A stretch of DNA of 64,000 bases from Thermoanaerobaculia bacterium (GTDB lineage: Bacteria; Acidobacteriota; Thermoanaerobaculia; Multivoradales; Multivoraceae), in assembly GCA_963664405.1 (NCBI GenBank), contig OY761158.1, positions 3,360,001 through 3,424,000 on the forward strand. The letters run 5' to 3'. Each line of letters begins with the position of its first letter. Within the stretch, counting starts at the first letter, position 1. This document shows, in pieces, positions 9,134 through 19,400 of this stretch. Below the pieces are notes generated by a model. That model was not told where the DNA came from, did not search any database, and worked only from the letters and a program-made list of their open reading frames with translations. A program made the position numbers and the translations under genes.

Positions 9134-9861
9134 CGCAGCGCTCCCGAGACCAGATGCCACGGGCTGGTCACTGACAGGGGTCCGGCGGAGACAAAGGACT
9201 CACCGTAGGTGGCGCCGATAAGCATGCCGGCATGACGGTCGCGGCCCTCCAGGGCAAGAAGAAACTCGGGAGAGGAGATCTTCGTCGCCGGCGCCAACAG
9301 CTCTTCGGCGCCGGGCTGATGAAGCTGACTCTCATAGGCCTGCAAGGCACTGCGCTTTTGCTCCCAGGTCGAGGTGACATCGACGATGAAGGTCGGAGGA
9401 AGCGGGTCGTGCCCCATATAGCTGAACAGCGCGGAAGATCGATGCGGGGACCCGGCCGTATCGGGCAAGCGCTTTCCCAGGCCGGCGTAGAAAAAGGCGT
9501 CGCGCACCAGATCGTGGGCTCGACCATGATCTGGATGACGATCTCGGGGCGGAGGGCCGAGGACCAGCTCGGGACGCCAGCTCCGCAGCACTTCGATCAC
9601 CCAATCCACTTCCTGGCGACCCTGGCGCAGGCCGCCGTCACCACAGTCGAGGAAGGCAAGCTCCGAGACCCCCAGGGCTGCTGCTGCCGCGGTGGCCTCC
9701 TCGCGGCGTCGCTCGGGTGTCCCCCTGGTACCGGCTTCGCCGGCGGTCAAGTGCAGGATACCCACCGAACGACCCTGCGACGCAAGCAGGGCGAGGGTCG
9801 CACCGCAGCCGATCTCGACATCGTCCGGATGGGCGCCGATCGCAAGCACGTCGACGCTCAA
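9130..9861 (-). CDS. bshB1: bacillithiol biosynthesis deacetylase
   Basis: AHPDDVE, GEAGTRGT, DRHPDH, AYESQ; coupled to bshC and bshA by 4-bp overlaps. Confidence 0.9.
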   Translation of the reverse strand: MSVDVLAIGAHPDDVEIGCGATLALLASQGRSVGILHLTAGEAGTRGTPERRREEATAAAAALGVSELAFLDCGDGGLRQGRQEVDWVIEVLRSWRPELVLGPPPRDRHPDHGRAHDLVRDAFFYAGLGKRLPDTAGSPHRSSALFSYMGHDPLPPTFIVDVTSTWEQKRSALQAYESQLHQPGAEELLAPATKISSPEFLLALEGRDRHAGMLIGATYGESFVSAGPLSVTSPWHLVSGALR

Positions 9862-11468
9862 GCTTCCACCTCCTGGGGGTCGACGATCTGGATCGCGTCT
9901 GAGCTCACATCGAGCTGCTCCCATGCGCGAAGCGCAAACCCAGGTCCATGCCGCAAGGCGAAGTGGGCGGTGCAGAGGACCCTTTCCTGCGGGCGGCCGA
10001 GCGGGAGGCAAGCCGCGCGAATCGACTCGCATCGTTGACGAAGGGTGTCGTCACGACGGACCGCCGCGGCGTAGGCCTTCGCACTCAAAAGATCCAGCGC
10101 TCGCGCCACCTGATCCCGAGTCTTCCGCCAGGGTCGTTCGAGATCGCGGTCGATGCCGAGGCACGGGTCCCGTAGATCTTCGATGCCCGCTAACACCGCG
10201 GCTCGGGCGGTATCCATCGCACCAGCCCCCAGGTCCTCTGCCAGACGACGCTCGAGCTCGGCCTCACTGCCGAGGATCTCGGTCAGCGGTAGGCCCAGCT
10301 TCTGGAGTTGGCGACGGGGTGCGCGCTCGAGAACCAGCATCTGGGGTCGCAAGGCAGTGAACGGTGCCCCGACGTCGAGAATCGGGTACAGCGAAGACGC
10401 CTGGGCCAAATAGGCCAGCTCTCCGGGACCCATCAGCTGCAACGAGCTCCCGAGTACAGCATCCTGAATCGCCGGTCTCGCCAGCACACCGGGAGACACT
10501 GCGCCTGGATCTTCTTCAATCATCGCCAACAGACTCGAAACCTCTCGGGTCTCGTTCTCGCCGCGCAAGCTCCAGCCCTCTTCCCCCTCCCAAACCACCC
10601 GTCGCCGGGCAGACCCCGAAAGAACGAAGAGAGGGCTCGCTCCCTTCTGTTCGGGGACCTGCAGACGATGGCCGCTGTCGTCGACCCTCTTGGCTGCTTC
10701 CGAGAGTGCGGAGGAGACCTCGGCACGCCGCTCCACCAGCCGCCGCAACCAGGGCCGCTCAGCCTTCTTCAACGCCGGCAACATCGAGTCCAGCAGCAGA
10801 GGCGATCGCTCCCCGAGCAGTCCGACCATGAAACGGCTGAAGGCCTCACCGAATGTGGCTTCGGGGCAATAGGCCGACTCGAGCAGCTCCGATCCCGCGC
10901 TCGACACCTCCGTTCCGTACAGAGCCTCGATCTCTTTCAGGACTCGGGCGAGCTGGGGACCCAGAGGGCGCATTCCGACCGGCATCAGCGGATCGAGATC
11001 TTCGCCGAGGTCGAGGACTTTCGCTCCGGAAGCTGCGAAAGTGGCCCGGGCCACCTCGGCGAAGTCATGATCTTCGGTGGCGACCCAGAACACCCCCACC
11101 GCCGCAACGCCCTGGGCCTCGAGCCGCTCCGCCCACCGCGCGACTGCGATCATCTTGGTCAGGGAGTACAGCGGACCGCCGAAGAGCCCGGCCTGCTGAC
11201 CGCTGACGACGATTGCCGTGTTCGGATCGGCGAAGCGCTCAGCAAGCTCTGCCGCGCGGGGATGACCATAGCCCTGGTTCGCCATGGCAAGCTCTGCCGC
11301 GAGGCTGACCCGGGCGCCCGGAGAAGGGTGCGGCTCGAGGACAGAGCCGGGCCGAAGGAAGCGCAGCGGGCGGAGTAGCTCACAGCATCTTCCTTCGAGG
11401 AGGTCGGCTGCGAGGCCCGAAACCAAATGGGAGGCTGGGAGGTGGAGAAGGGGATTCGCAGTTTCCAT
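9858..11468 (-). CDS. bshC: bacillithiol biosynthesis cysteine-adding enzyme
   Basis: SGQQAGLFGGPLY..K, FWVATEDHDFAE, SPGVLARP..QD, GPGELAY, PQER; start approximate. Confidence 0.9.
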   Translation of the reverse strand: METANPLLHLPASHLVSGLAADLLEGRCCELLRPLRFLRPGSVLEPHPSPGARVSLAAELAMANQGYGHPRAAELAERFADPNTAIVVSGQQAGLFGGPLYSLTKMIAVARWAERLEAQGVAAVGVFWVATEDHDFAEVARATFAASGAKVLDLGEDLDPLMPVGMRPLGPQLARVLKEIEALYGTEVSSAGSELLESAYCPEATFGEAFSRFMVGLLGERSPLLLDSMLPALKKAERPWLRRLVERRAEVSSALSEAAKRVDDSGHRLQVPEQKGASPLFVLSGSARRRVVWEGEEGWSLRGENETREVSSLLAMIEEDPGAVSPGVLARPAIQDAVLGSSLQLMGPGELAYLAQASSLYPILDVGAPFTALRPQMLVLERAPRRQLQKLGLPLTEILGSEAELERRLAEDLGAGAMDTARAAVLAGIEDLRDPCLGIDRDLERPWRKTRDQVARALDLLSAKAYAAAVRRDDTLRQRCESIRAACLPLGRPQERVLCTAHFALRHGPGFALRAWEQLDVSSDAIQIVDPQEVEA

Positions 11469-11564
11469 TAAGGCCATCAGGCTCGTTTTCGTGACTGGAG
11501 AGTGGCTGGATCGAGTGGGCGCCAACGAATCTTACGCCATGGGAGATACGCTATTCTGGACTCG

Positions 11565-12260
11565 GTGGTTTTGGATTGGATCGAGATTCCCGCAATGACC
11601 TTCTGGATGGGAGGCAGCTGCAGGGAGGAAGAGGGCCCTCGGCACAGTGTCAGCCTGGGCCCCTATCGACTCGCCCGCACCCCGATAACCCGCGACCAGT
11701 ACCAGAGATTCCTGGACGCGTGCGACCATGAGGCACCGGACTTCTGGGAAGAAGAGAGATTCGCCCATCCTCGCATGCCCGCGGTCGGCCCATCCTGGGA
11801 CGACGCGATGGCGTTCTGCCGCTGGGTCGCCGAGACCAGCGGTGAGGCCGTAGGCCTGCCGAGCGAGGCGGAGTGGGAGCTGGCCGCAAAGGCGGGGAGA
11901 GAGGTGCTCTACCCCTGGGGCGACCAGGGTCCGGCCGGCGTTCCCGACTACGAGCGCCGCTGGGTCGAAGGACCCGAGCCGGTGGATCTCTATCCTTCTC
12001 GCCATCCATGGGGTTTCGTAGGACTCGGCGAAAACGTACACGAATGGTGCTCCGACTGGTACGCCCCCAACTACTACGAAGTGTCGCCGATTGAGAGCCC
12101 ACTCGGACCGCAAGAGGGCCGCCGCCGCTCCTCGCGTGGCGGATCGTGGCGCCACCAGATCAAAGTTACCCGCTGCGCGGCCCGCTCGTCGATCCCCCCG
12201 CACATGCGCTACGCCGACTACGGCTTCCGGCTGCGCGCCGGAGGGAGCGGGAGAGAGTGA
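11565..12260 (+). CDS. formylglycine-generating enzyme (FGE-sulfatase) domain protein
   Basis: FWMG, LPSEAEWE.AA, YPWG, NVHEWCSDWY, RGGSW, GFR; start approximate. Confidence 0.85.
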   Translation: MVLDWIEIPAMTFWMGGSCREEEGPRHSVSLGPYRLARTPITRDQYQRFLDACDHEAPDFWEEERFAHPRMPAVGPSWDDAMAFCRWVAETSGEAVGLPSEAEWELAAKAGREVLYPWGDQGPAGVPDYERRWVEGPEPVDLYPSRHPWGFVGLGENVHEWCSDWYAPNYYEVSPIESPLGPQEGRRRSSRGGSWRHQIKVTRCAARSSIPPHMRYADYGFRLRAGGSGRE

Positions 12261-12307
12261 GAGAGTAAGACTCACTCTCCCACCGCGTCCACTGTAGAAT
12301 CTATCGG

Positions 12308-13291
12308 ATGTTGCGCTTCGGATCGGTCGTCGTCGACCCGCCACTGCTGCTTGCTCCCATGGCAGGCGTTACCGACAGAGATTTCCGCCTGCTGGTACGC
12401 CGCATTCAAGGGGTTGGTGTGGTCTCGATGGAGTTCATCTCTTCGAGGGCGGTAGTCTCGGGCAACCCACACACGCGAGCTCTCATGGACTTCAGCGCCG
12501 AGGAACGCCCCCTCGCAATCCAGATCTACGGCTCCGATGCCGCCACCATGGCAGAGGCGGCACGTGTCGTAGAAGAGCTCGGCGCCGACATCTGCGACAT
12601 CAATATGGGGTGTCCCGCAAATAAGGTGCTCAAGGGGTGCTCTGGCGCCGCTCTGATGGGCGACCCCGCTCTCGCCGAGCAGATCATCGCGGCCGTGCGT
12701 AAGGCAATCTCGATTCCCCTGACGGTCAAGTTTCGGCTCGGTCTCGATGTCGCCTCGCAGAACTACATCGAGTTGGGCAGAATCTGCGAGGCGAACGGAG
12801 TCGCCGCGGTATCGATGCATGCCCGGACCGCGCGCCAGATGTTCAAAGGGGAGGCCGACTGGTCTCAGATCTCGCTCTTGAAGGAAGCTCTCGACATCCC
12901 GGTCATCGGTAACGGGGACGTCCGGGAGCCCGAAGACGCTATCCGCATGATGGCGAGAACCGGTTGCGACGGGGTGATGGTCGGGCGCGGTGCTACTCGC
13001 AACCCGTGGATCTTCCGCCAAACCGCGGCACGTTTGTGTGGAGCAACACTGCCGGAGCCGACGATCGAAGATCGCAGAGACCTCATCCTCGAGCATTTCC
13101 GTATGGTGAGCGCACGCGAGCCTTCGGCGTACGCGTTACACAAGCTGCGCAAATTCACCGGTTGGTACACCTATGGTCTGCCGCACGGGCGACGCCTGCG
13201 CGGCCGCATCAACGAACTTGCAGACGTACCCTCTTTTCTGGCAGCGGTGGAAGATTTCTTCGCCGAGATCTTGCTAGAGGAAGCCGCCTGA
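12308..13291 (+). CDS. dusB: tRNA dihydrouridine synthase
   Basis: LAPMAGVTD, DINMGCP, HARTA, IGNGDV, GVMVGRG. Confidence 0.92.
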   Translation: MLRFGSVVVDPPLLLAPMAGVTDRDFRLLVRRIQGVGVVSMEFISSRAVVSGNPHTRALMDFSAEERPLAIQIYGSDAATMAEAARVVEELGADICDINMGCPANKVLKGCSGAALMGDPALAEQIIAAVRKAISIPLTVKFRLGLDVASQNYIELGRICEANGVAAVSMHARTARQMFKGEADWSQISLLKEALDIPVIGNGDVREPEDAIRMMARTGCDGVMVGRGATRNPWIFRQTAARLCGATLPEPTIEDRRDLILEHFRMVSAREPSAYALHKLRKFTGWYTYGLPHGRRLRGRINELADVPSFLAAVEDFFAEILLEEAA

Positions 13292-13333
13292 AGTCGACTT
13301 TTCGGTGCTCGACGAGGCATCGACACCGTAGCC

Positions 13334-13801
13334 ATGGAAACACAGCATCGGGTCGAGATCGAGGCCGATGTGCCGTTGGCCCTCGAGGCCGTAGCGGACG
13401 CTGCCGAGATGTGGGGCGGCGACTGGGAGCGGCAGGGAGAAGGAGGCCGGCTGACCATCCCCGTTTCTGCCGGCGTTCGCCACGGTCACGTGTCGGGCCA
13501 GATATCGACTCGCCCTCAGGGCCGCGTTTCAGAAGTCGTTCTCCACGTGGAGAGCGTCCATTACCAACTCCATTGGCCATCCCTGGCGGTCCTGCTCTTC
13601 GGAGCAGTCGGTGGGCTCCTCATCGTTGTCGCGCCTTTCTTCCCGCCACTCTTCCCTCTCGTCCCTGTCGGGGTCATTCTCAGTCTCGCCGCTTGGTTCC
13701 TCGTTGTCGCGCGACTGAAAAGCAGAGGGAGCCCCGAGTTCCTCGCTTTCGTGGGAGAGCTGGTTGCGGCGGAGCAAGGGCCGTCGTCCGGCAACGAGTG
13801 A
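13334..13801 (+). CDS. hypothetical membrane protein
   Basis: Coding-like ORF with two C-terminal TM segments. Confidence 0.7.
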   Translation: METQHRVEIEADVPLALEAVADAAEMWGGDWERQGEGGRLTIPVSAGVRHGHVSGQISTRPQGRVSEVVLHVESVHYQLHWPSLAVLLFGAVGGLLIVVAPFFPPLFPLVPVGVILSLAAWFLVVARLKSRGSPEFLAFVGELVAAEQGPSSGNE

Positions 13802-13905
13802 GCGCCGGTTTCTGCTATCGGCTGGCTCTGCCGACTGGTACACTAGAGGCCCGCGGGCGCAAGCCCGGCGGCTACGGGCACCGGCCCGAAGGTTCTTTCA
13901 TAATT

Positions 13906-14259
13906 GGGGGCGATCGGTTTAGACGGGGAACTTGGCGCGCTGAAGGTTGCGTGTCGCCTGCTCGTACGACAAACGGGCATTTTTATACCTGCCAATAACG
14001 ACTTGGCTTTGGCGGCCTAGGCTGTCAACGATTCGATAGAGCTGTCTTGATTCGCGGCTTCTAACGGATTGTCATAAATGCGGATCCCCACGGCGGAGGG
14101 AGGTCTCGCTCCTCCGCCTGGGTACTTAGCGAGTACTGGCCTATGGGACGGGGTGCTTTCTCCCAAAGCCTATAGGTAAGACCTCAATCGAAAGCTACGC
14201 ACGTAGACGCCTCGGGGCGTGTTTTCCGGACGTGGGTTCGATTCCCACCGCCTCCACCA
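13906..14259 (+). ncRNA. ssrA: tmRNA; tag ANNDLALAA
   Basis: 5' GGGGGCG..GAC, 3' GGTTCGATTCCCACCGCCTCCACCA; tag reading frame 13991-14020. Confidence 0.95.
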
Positions 14260-14285
14260 ATTTTCCTCGCGGAGCGAGGACAATT

Positions 14286-14421
14286 GGAGGAGCCGCTGGT
14301 CAGTCGGCGGCTCGCTCGCGTGCAAGCACGCGAACTCGGCGAACGATTCCCACTCTTCCCCCTAACTATCCACCGATTCGCGAGTGAAACCGGAGGAGCC
14401 GCTGGTCAGGCGGCGACTCGC
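14286..14421. repeat. 30-bp direct repeat pair downstream of tmRNA
   Basis: GGAGGAGCCGCTGGTCAGnCGGCGnCTCGC at 14286-14315 and 14392-14421. Confidence 0.8.
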
Positions 14422-14572
14422 GCCCCTCGAAGAGCAGCTCGGCGACGCCGGGGAGCATGAGATAGTTGTCACGTGGCAGTCGATACAGGTCGTCGCTGGC
14501 CAAATGAGGCGATAAATCCCGCCGACAGCGCGCAGTCGCTGTGGGCGCACTGGGCGGCGGCGGAGAGCTCTG

Positions 14573-14971
14573 ATGCCTGATCACAGTTATTTCGCCAACT
14601 TGATCTGGCAAATCGCTGACCTGCTGCGCGGTCCCTATCGCCCTGCGCAGTACGAGCGCGTCATGCTGCCGATGACGGTGCTCCGCCGCTTCGACTGCGT
14701 GCTCGCGCCGACCAAGGAGAAGGTGCTAGCGAGTTACGAAAAGCGCAAGGACGGCAAGGTCAAGGGCGACGCTCTCGACGGGATCCTCAACGCTGCCGCC
14801 GGCCAGCGCTTCCATAACCACTCGCAGCTCGACTTCGAGAAGCTGAAAGGCGATCCAGACAACATTGCCCAGCACCTGATGGACTACATCGGCGGCTTCT
14901 CGGGCAACGTGCGGCGCATCTTCGACTACTTCGAGTTCACGGCCGGTTCGTCCGTCCGCCCGGCCTGTTGA
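14573..14971 (+). pseudogene. hsdM: type I restriction-modification M subunit, 5' fragment
   Basis: ANLIWQIADLLRG.Y...Y..VMLPMTVLRRFDCVL...YIGGFS.NVR.IFDYFEF, then abrupt end with no methyltransferase domain. Confidence 0.85.
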
Positions 14972-15115
14972 GGCCATCGTCGGCGCGACTCCGATCCTGT
15001 GCATCGGACACCGGTCTTTTGAGAAATCCGACCGCGGATCCATTTTTCGCAGGCTCGGGGCACCCTACTCATCTAAGACGGTTCGCCCACGACTCAGCAA
15101 GAAGGGACCCCGCGA

Positions 15116-15901
15116 ATGGCACCAAAAATCAAGGCATCGTTCCCCGTTATGGTCGGTCCCGGCGTTAAGCCACTGAGCAGCGACGATCGGCGGGCCCTGG
15201 CGGCCTTCCTGGCAGCTCCCGGGCAGCCGGTCAACGTCACGACGTACCACGGCCTTCAGGGCTTCCTGTTTGCGGTCGCCTGCTCACCCGAGCTGATCCT
15301 GCCCTCCACATGGTTGAGCGTCTTGATGGAGGACGACGAGGCCCGATATTCGAGCGCCGAGAAAGCGAGGCAAGCGCTGGACTGGATCGTGGCCCTCTAC
15401 AACGAGACGACGGTCGCCGTCGCCGATCTTGCAACCGCCCCCCCTCTTCCCGCCGACTGTCGCTTTCGCGACGACGTGTTGGCGAACTTGGACCACGACG
15501 CGCCCATTTCCCAGTGGTCGATGGCGTTCGCCGAGACGCATACTTCGCTCGAGGACTCATGGAAGAAGCTATTGCCGGCGGAGCTCGAACAGGACTTCCG
15601 CAGCGCTTTTGTGACACTTGCCTTCTTCGCCTCGCGAAGCGTTGCCGAGAAGGTGGTGGACAACCTCGCGCAACTCGAAACGACGACAGATCCACCTTCG
15701 CTGACGGACCTCGCCACCCAGATGATGGAGAATTTTCCCACGGCGGCTACGAACTACGCGAACATCGGCCGGTCGATAGAGCAGCTGCAGCACTCGTGGT
15801 CGGCCGCCTCCGCCATCAAAACGGGCCGCAATAAGCCCTGCCCTTGCGGCAGCGGGAGGAAGTACAAGAAGTGTTGTCGGAGGCTACATACGCTTGCGTA
15901 A
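15116..15901 (+). CDS. UPF0149/YecA family protein with C-terminal SEC-C motif
   Basis: LQGFLFAVACSPELILPSTWL; GRNKPCPCGSGRKYKKCC. Confidence 0.85.
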   Translation: MAPKIKASFPVMVGPGVKPLSSDDRRALAAFLAAPGQPVNVTTYHGLQGFLFAVACSPELILPSTWLSVLMEDDEARYSSAEKARQALDWIVALYNETTVAVADLATAPPLPADCRFRDDVLANLDHDAPISQWSMAFAETHTSLEDSWKKLLPAELEQDFRSAFVTLAFFASRSVAEKVVDNLAQLETTTDPPSLTDLATQMMENFPTAATNYANIGRSIEQLQHSWSAASAIKTGRNKPCPCGSGRKYKKCCRRLHTLA

Positions 15902-15918
15902 TGCACCATAATGAATGC

Positions 15919-16155
15919 GTGCCTGTTCGAATCACTATCAGGGGCGTTCCCGATCTTGTTCGAGACGAGCTGGCCGCCCGCGCGGCGCTACAGCGAAAGT
16001 CGATGCAACAGTATCTTCGTCAAGAGCTCGAACGGATTGCCTCAGGACCGCAGATCGAGACCAGGCTCGACGAGACCAGGCGACGGAAGAAGTCTTTCGG
16101 AACCAGACTCTCAGCCGAAGATATACTCGAGCACAGAGACCTGGATCGCCGGTGA
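15919..16155 (+). CDS. FitA-like ribbon-helix-helix antitoxin
   Basis: ITIRGVPDLVRDELAARAA...SMQQYLR; GTGA overlap with a PIN fragment; start uncertain (15901 or 15919). Confidence 0.8.
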   Translation: MPVRITIRGVPDLVRDELAARAALQRKSMQQYLRQELERIASGPQIETRLDETRRRKKSFGTRLSAEDILEHRDLDRR

Positions 16156-16244
16156 GCGTTGTCGTCGACGCTTCGGTCCTAGTGGCCGCGGTCGTGTGTC
16201 GTCCCGTCAGGCGACGCCACAAGCCGCCCTGGCTCGATCGGTGA
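16152..16244 (+). pseudogene. truncated VapC/PIN toxin (first ~14 codons only)
   Basis: MSVVVDASVLVAAV PIN strand 1 with the first Asp, then runs into unrelated sequence. Confidence 0.7.
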
Positions 16245-16359
16245 TCTCTCGCGCGACGGCGCGGGCCTTGGCTGCGCCGGCGCAGAGGACGTCCTCGACA
16301 AAATCGCGGTGCAGCGTGCCGGAGGGCTGGATGCCTGACAGGTATCGGCGGCGACTCAT
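16207..16359 (-). pseudogene. trpS: in-frame internally deleted tryptophanyl-tRNA synthetase remnant (50 aa)
   Basis: MSRRRYLSGIQPSGTLH joined to RDFVEDVLCAGAAKARAVAREITDRARAACGVA*; GGAGA RBS retained. Confidence 0.8.
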
Positions 16360-16428
16360 CTGCGCTTCTCCCGAGAGGGGACAGTATTGGTATAGCGCGG
16401 CCTCAGGTCAAGGATCCATCCGGCCGGA

Positions 16429-19400
16429 TCATTGCGATCCCTTAAGTAGCGAAGATGGCAGCTGCGCCAGAAGCTTGCGACCGACGATGGCGGCCGCTAT
16501 CAGCACTACAACCAAAGAGAGAATAGCGGCCGGAGCTGCGCTCACTCTGTAGAAGCCAATGGTGACTGCAAGCAGAGCAGCACCCAGGCCAGCCAACGCC
16601 GATGCCTGACGTGAACTGACCGAGCCCACCCTGCGTACCCGTAAGGCGAGACCCGACCAGAGCAGAAGGGCACCGACTATGCTCAACGCGCGCGCCGTGC
16701 TGCGACCCGCCGACGATGCATAGGAGATCGCAAACCAACTGTCTTCCCCCGACTGATTCGCGTATAGCTTATGAAAGGCATAGTGCACACCCTCAGCGGG
16801 AACGGCAATGCGCAGAGGTTCGATGGCCTGGCTCGCGAGCCTAGCCTGGAGCCGATCCATCTCTGCCTTCAGCTCACCGCTCGCCATCGGCGCTCCTGCG
16901 GTGGAGATGTCGAGATTGCCTCGTGCCTGCCGGTAGGCCATATGGGCCGGCAGGTAGATGTCCCACTGCGATTCGGTCACCAAGATGTCGGGCCGAGGAA
17001 GGACTCCTCGCACGGTGCCGAGTCCGCGGATCTTCGAGCCTGGAGTCGCGTAGATCAGCTCGACCGGGAAACCTTCGGTGGAGTTGACGATCTTGAGCAG
17101 CACGCTGCCTTCCTTTTCGGGCTCTCCATTCTCGGCAAGTGCCGGTTGCTCGGGGCGGCCGGCGACGAAGGCGGACCATACCTCGGCGTTCGCCGGTAGC
17201 CGGATGCGCAGGAACTGCTTGCGACTGTTGCGCACCTGAAAACGGGCGATGGTCACCGCCAGGCCGTCACGGGTGAAGAGGGTGCGGTACTCGGCTCGAT
17301 CGATGACCGCCTCTTGCACGTCCAGGAGACGATGACGCGTGACCTTCAACGTGAGTGATGGCGGCGGTTCGTTCTGCACGTACTTGAAAGCGAGCAAGAT
17401 CGGGTGCGTGGTGCGCAGGATCAGCTGTCGAGGCAGCTCGCCGATATCGAAGGTGGTCAGCTGTTCGCTATTGGCCACTTGCACCTCTACCGCGCTCAGC
17501 GCCTCGACCGCCAGCCGTCCCTGTTCGACCTCGGCACCTCGCACGTGGATCGTCGGCACTTCCGCGGCCGCCTCACCGTCGGACAAGATCCGCTCGTAAA
17601 GAAGCTCTAGGCGGAACTGGCCGTCCATCTCCTGGGTGAACTCGACCTCGACCGACTGCCCACCGTCATCCTCGGTTGAAACCTCGTAGTCGCGAATCGA
17701 CGGACCGGTCAGGTTGAGGATATTGACGTCGCCGGGGGCCGTGAGCACCAGCTCCGTGACGCTTCCGGATTTGAGATTGATCTCGACGATCGCCGACGCA
17801 CCGAGAGTGACCTCTCCAAGCGAGATCAAGGTATCAACCTGCGCATCGAACCTGCCCTCCTTGCGCTCCGGCGCCGACGCCGCCACCACTAGCACAGGCG
17901 GGCTCTCGACATACTTGAAGGTGTGGGCTACGGGCAGATCGAAGGCCTGACGAACGAAGGCCGGCAGTTGGTTCTCCCCGACTCGGGTCGCGACGCCGTC
18001 TTCGACCGGCGCTAGCGTGAGCTCCGAGCTCGAAAGCAAGGCAACCATTCCGCGCTGGCGATGGGTCTCGACCGCTCGCAGCAAGGGAACTTCGATGCGC
18101 GCGTCGGCGTCGCCTCCAGCCAGCGAGTGGTCGTAGTGAACTTCAAAAAAAAGCTCTCCTTCGACCTTGCGATCGAGAAAGATCTGCACTTCTCTCTCCT
18201 CACCTTGAGCCGCATCGGCGATGCGCCAATCGGCGACCGCGCCCGAAGCCGAGGTAATCCGGTTGACCTGGACGTCGGGTGGCACCATCAGACGAAGAAG
18301 ACTGGTCTCGCCGCGGGTCATCTCGAAGTGCACTAGAGCTCGTACGTTGAGCACGCCCTCTTCGGCATAGACACCGTGGAAGATCGCCGCATTGGCGCGA
18401 ACCTCGGCGCGAATGTCTGCGGGTACCGCCTCGGCCCACGCGAAGGAGATCGTGGTCGTCATCGGTGCGTAGACCGTGGCAACGGTGTCACCGCCGAGCA
18501 CACGACTGGATACGCTTGCCGCCGGGGTCACAGTGATCTCTTTCTTCCCGGCTAGAGTCAGGTCGAAGCGCGACACCGGCACCTGCGGCACCTGCAAGGA
18601 GACCCGAGGGGGGCCCTCGCCGCGCACCACCGGGACCTGGAAACCGAGCACCACTCGGTGCTTGCCCCGACCTCTGATCAAAGTGGCGAAGTGGCCGTCT
18701 TCGACGAGGATGGGGGCGTCGACTCCGTCGACTTTGAGATCGTTGAGAGTGACGGTTCGGGGAAGCAGCTCGAGGGTAACGGTACCTTCGGTAAAGAGCT
18801 CGACGCCGAAGTCACCCGACCATTGCACCGCATCGCCAACCAGCTGCCCCTTGTAGAGAGCGCGACTGAGGGTATGACCTTGCCGGCTGGGGGTGCGCCA
18901 GGCTATCTGCACACCGGTAGTCGTTGGCACGGTTGCTCGGACCAAGGTGGCTTGACCTTGCGGCTCGACTCGCACTCCCGCCGCGGGAATGACCGTCACA
19001 TCGAGACCACTGCCGGGGAGAGTCGCCCTGAGGCTCATCGACGCCGCCCGCGGCAGCGGAACCGCCATCGCGAACCCCGCCTCGGAACGAGCCGCGTCGA
19101 TGCGATAGCTGAGGCTCATTCGGTGCGAACCCTTCTGACGAGTGATCCAGGCCAGGCCTTCGGGCGTCGGCACCAGTTGTACCTGATTCCCCCCGACGAT
19201 GACACTCTCCACCGGCGTGGCGGCGGGCAGCACCGGGATCAGAGTCCACTCATCCTCGAAGACGTCGATGCTCAGCTCGACGCGCACCACGCCACTCGCC
19301 GCGGGCCCAGGCTGAGTCGCATCTACAGTGACTGTGGCACTGCCGAGCGCAAAGTCCGCCGGGACCGGTCGCGGATGCTGCACGGGGTCGCGGCTGAGAT

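Noticed and set aside
14573-14971. Functional type I restriction-modification or defence system
   Set aside because: Only the HsdM N-terminal fragment is present; no MTase motifs, hsdS or hsdR
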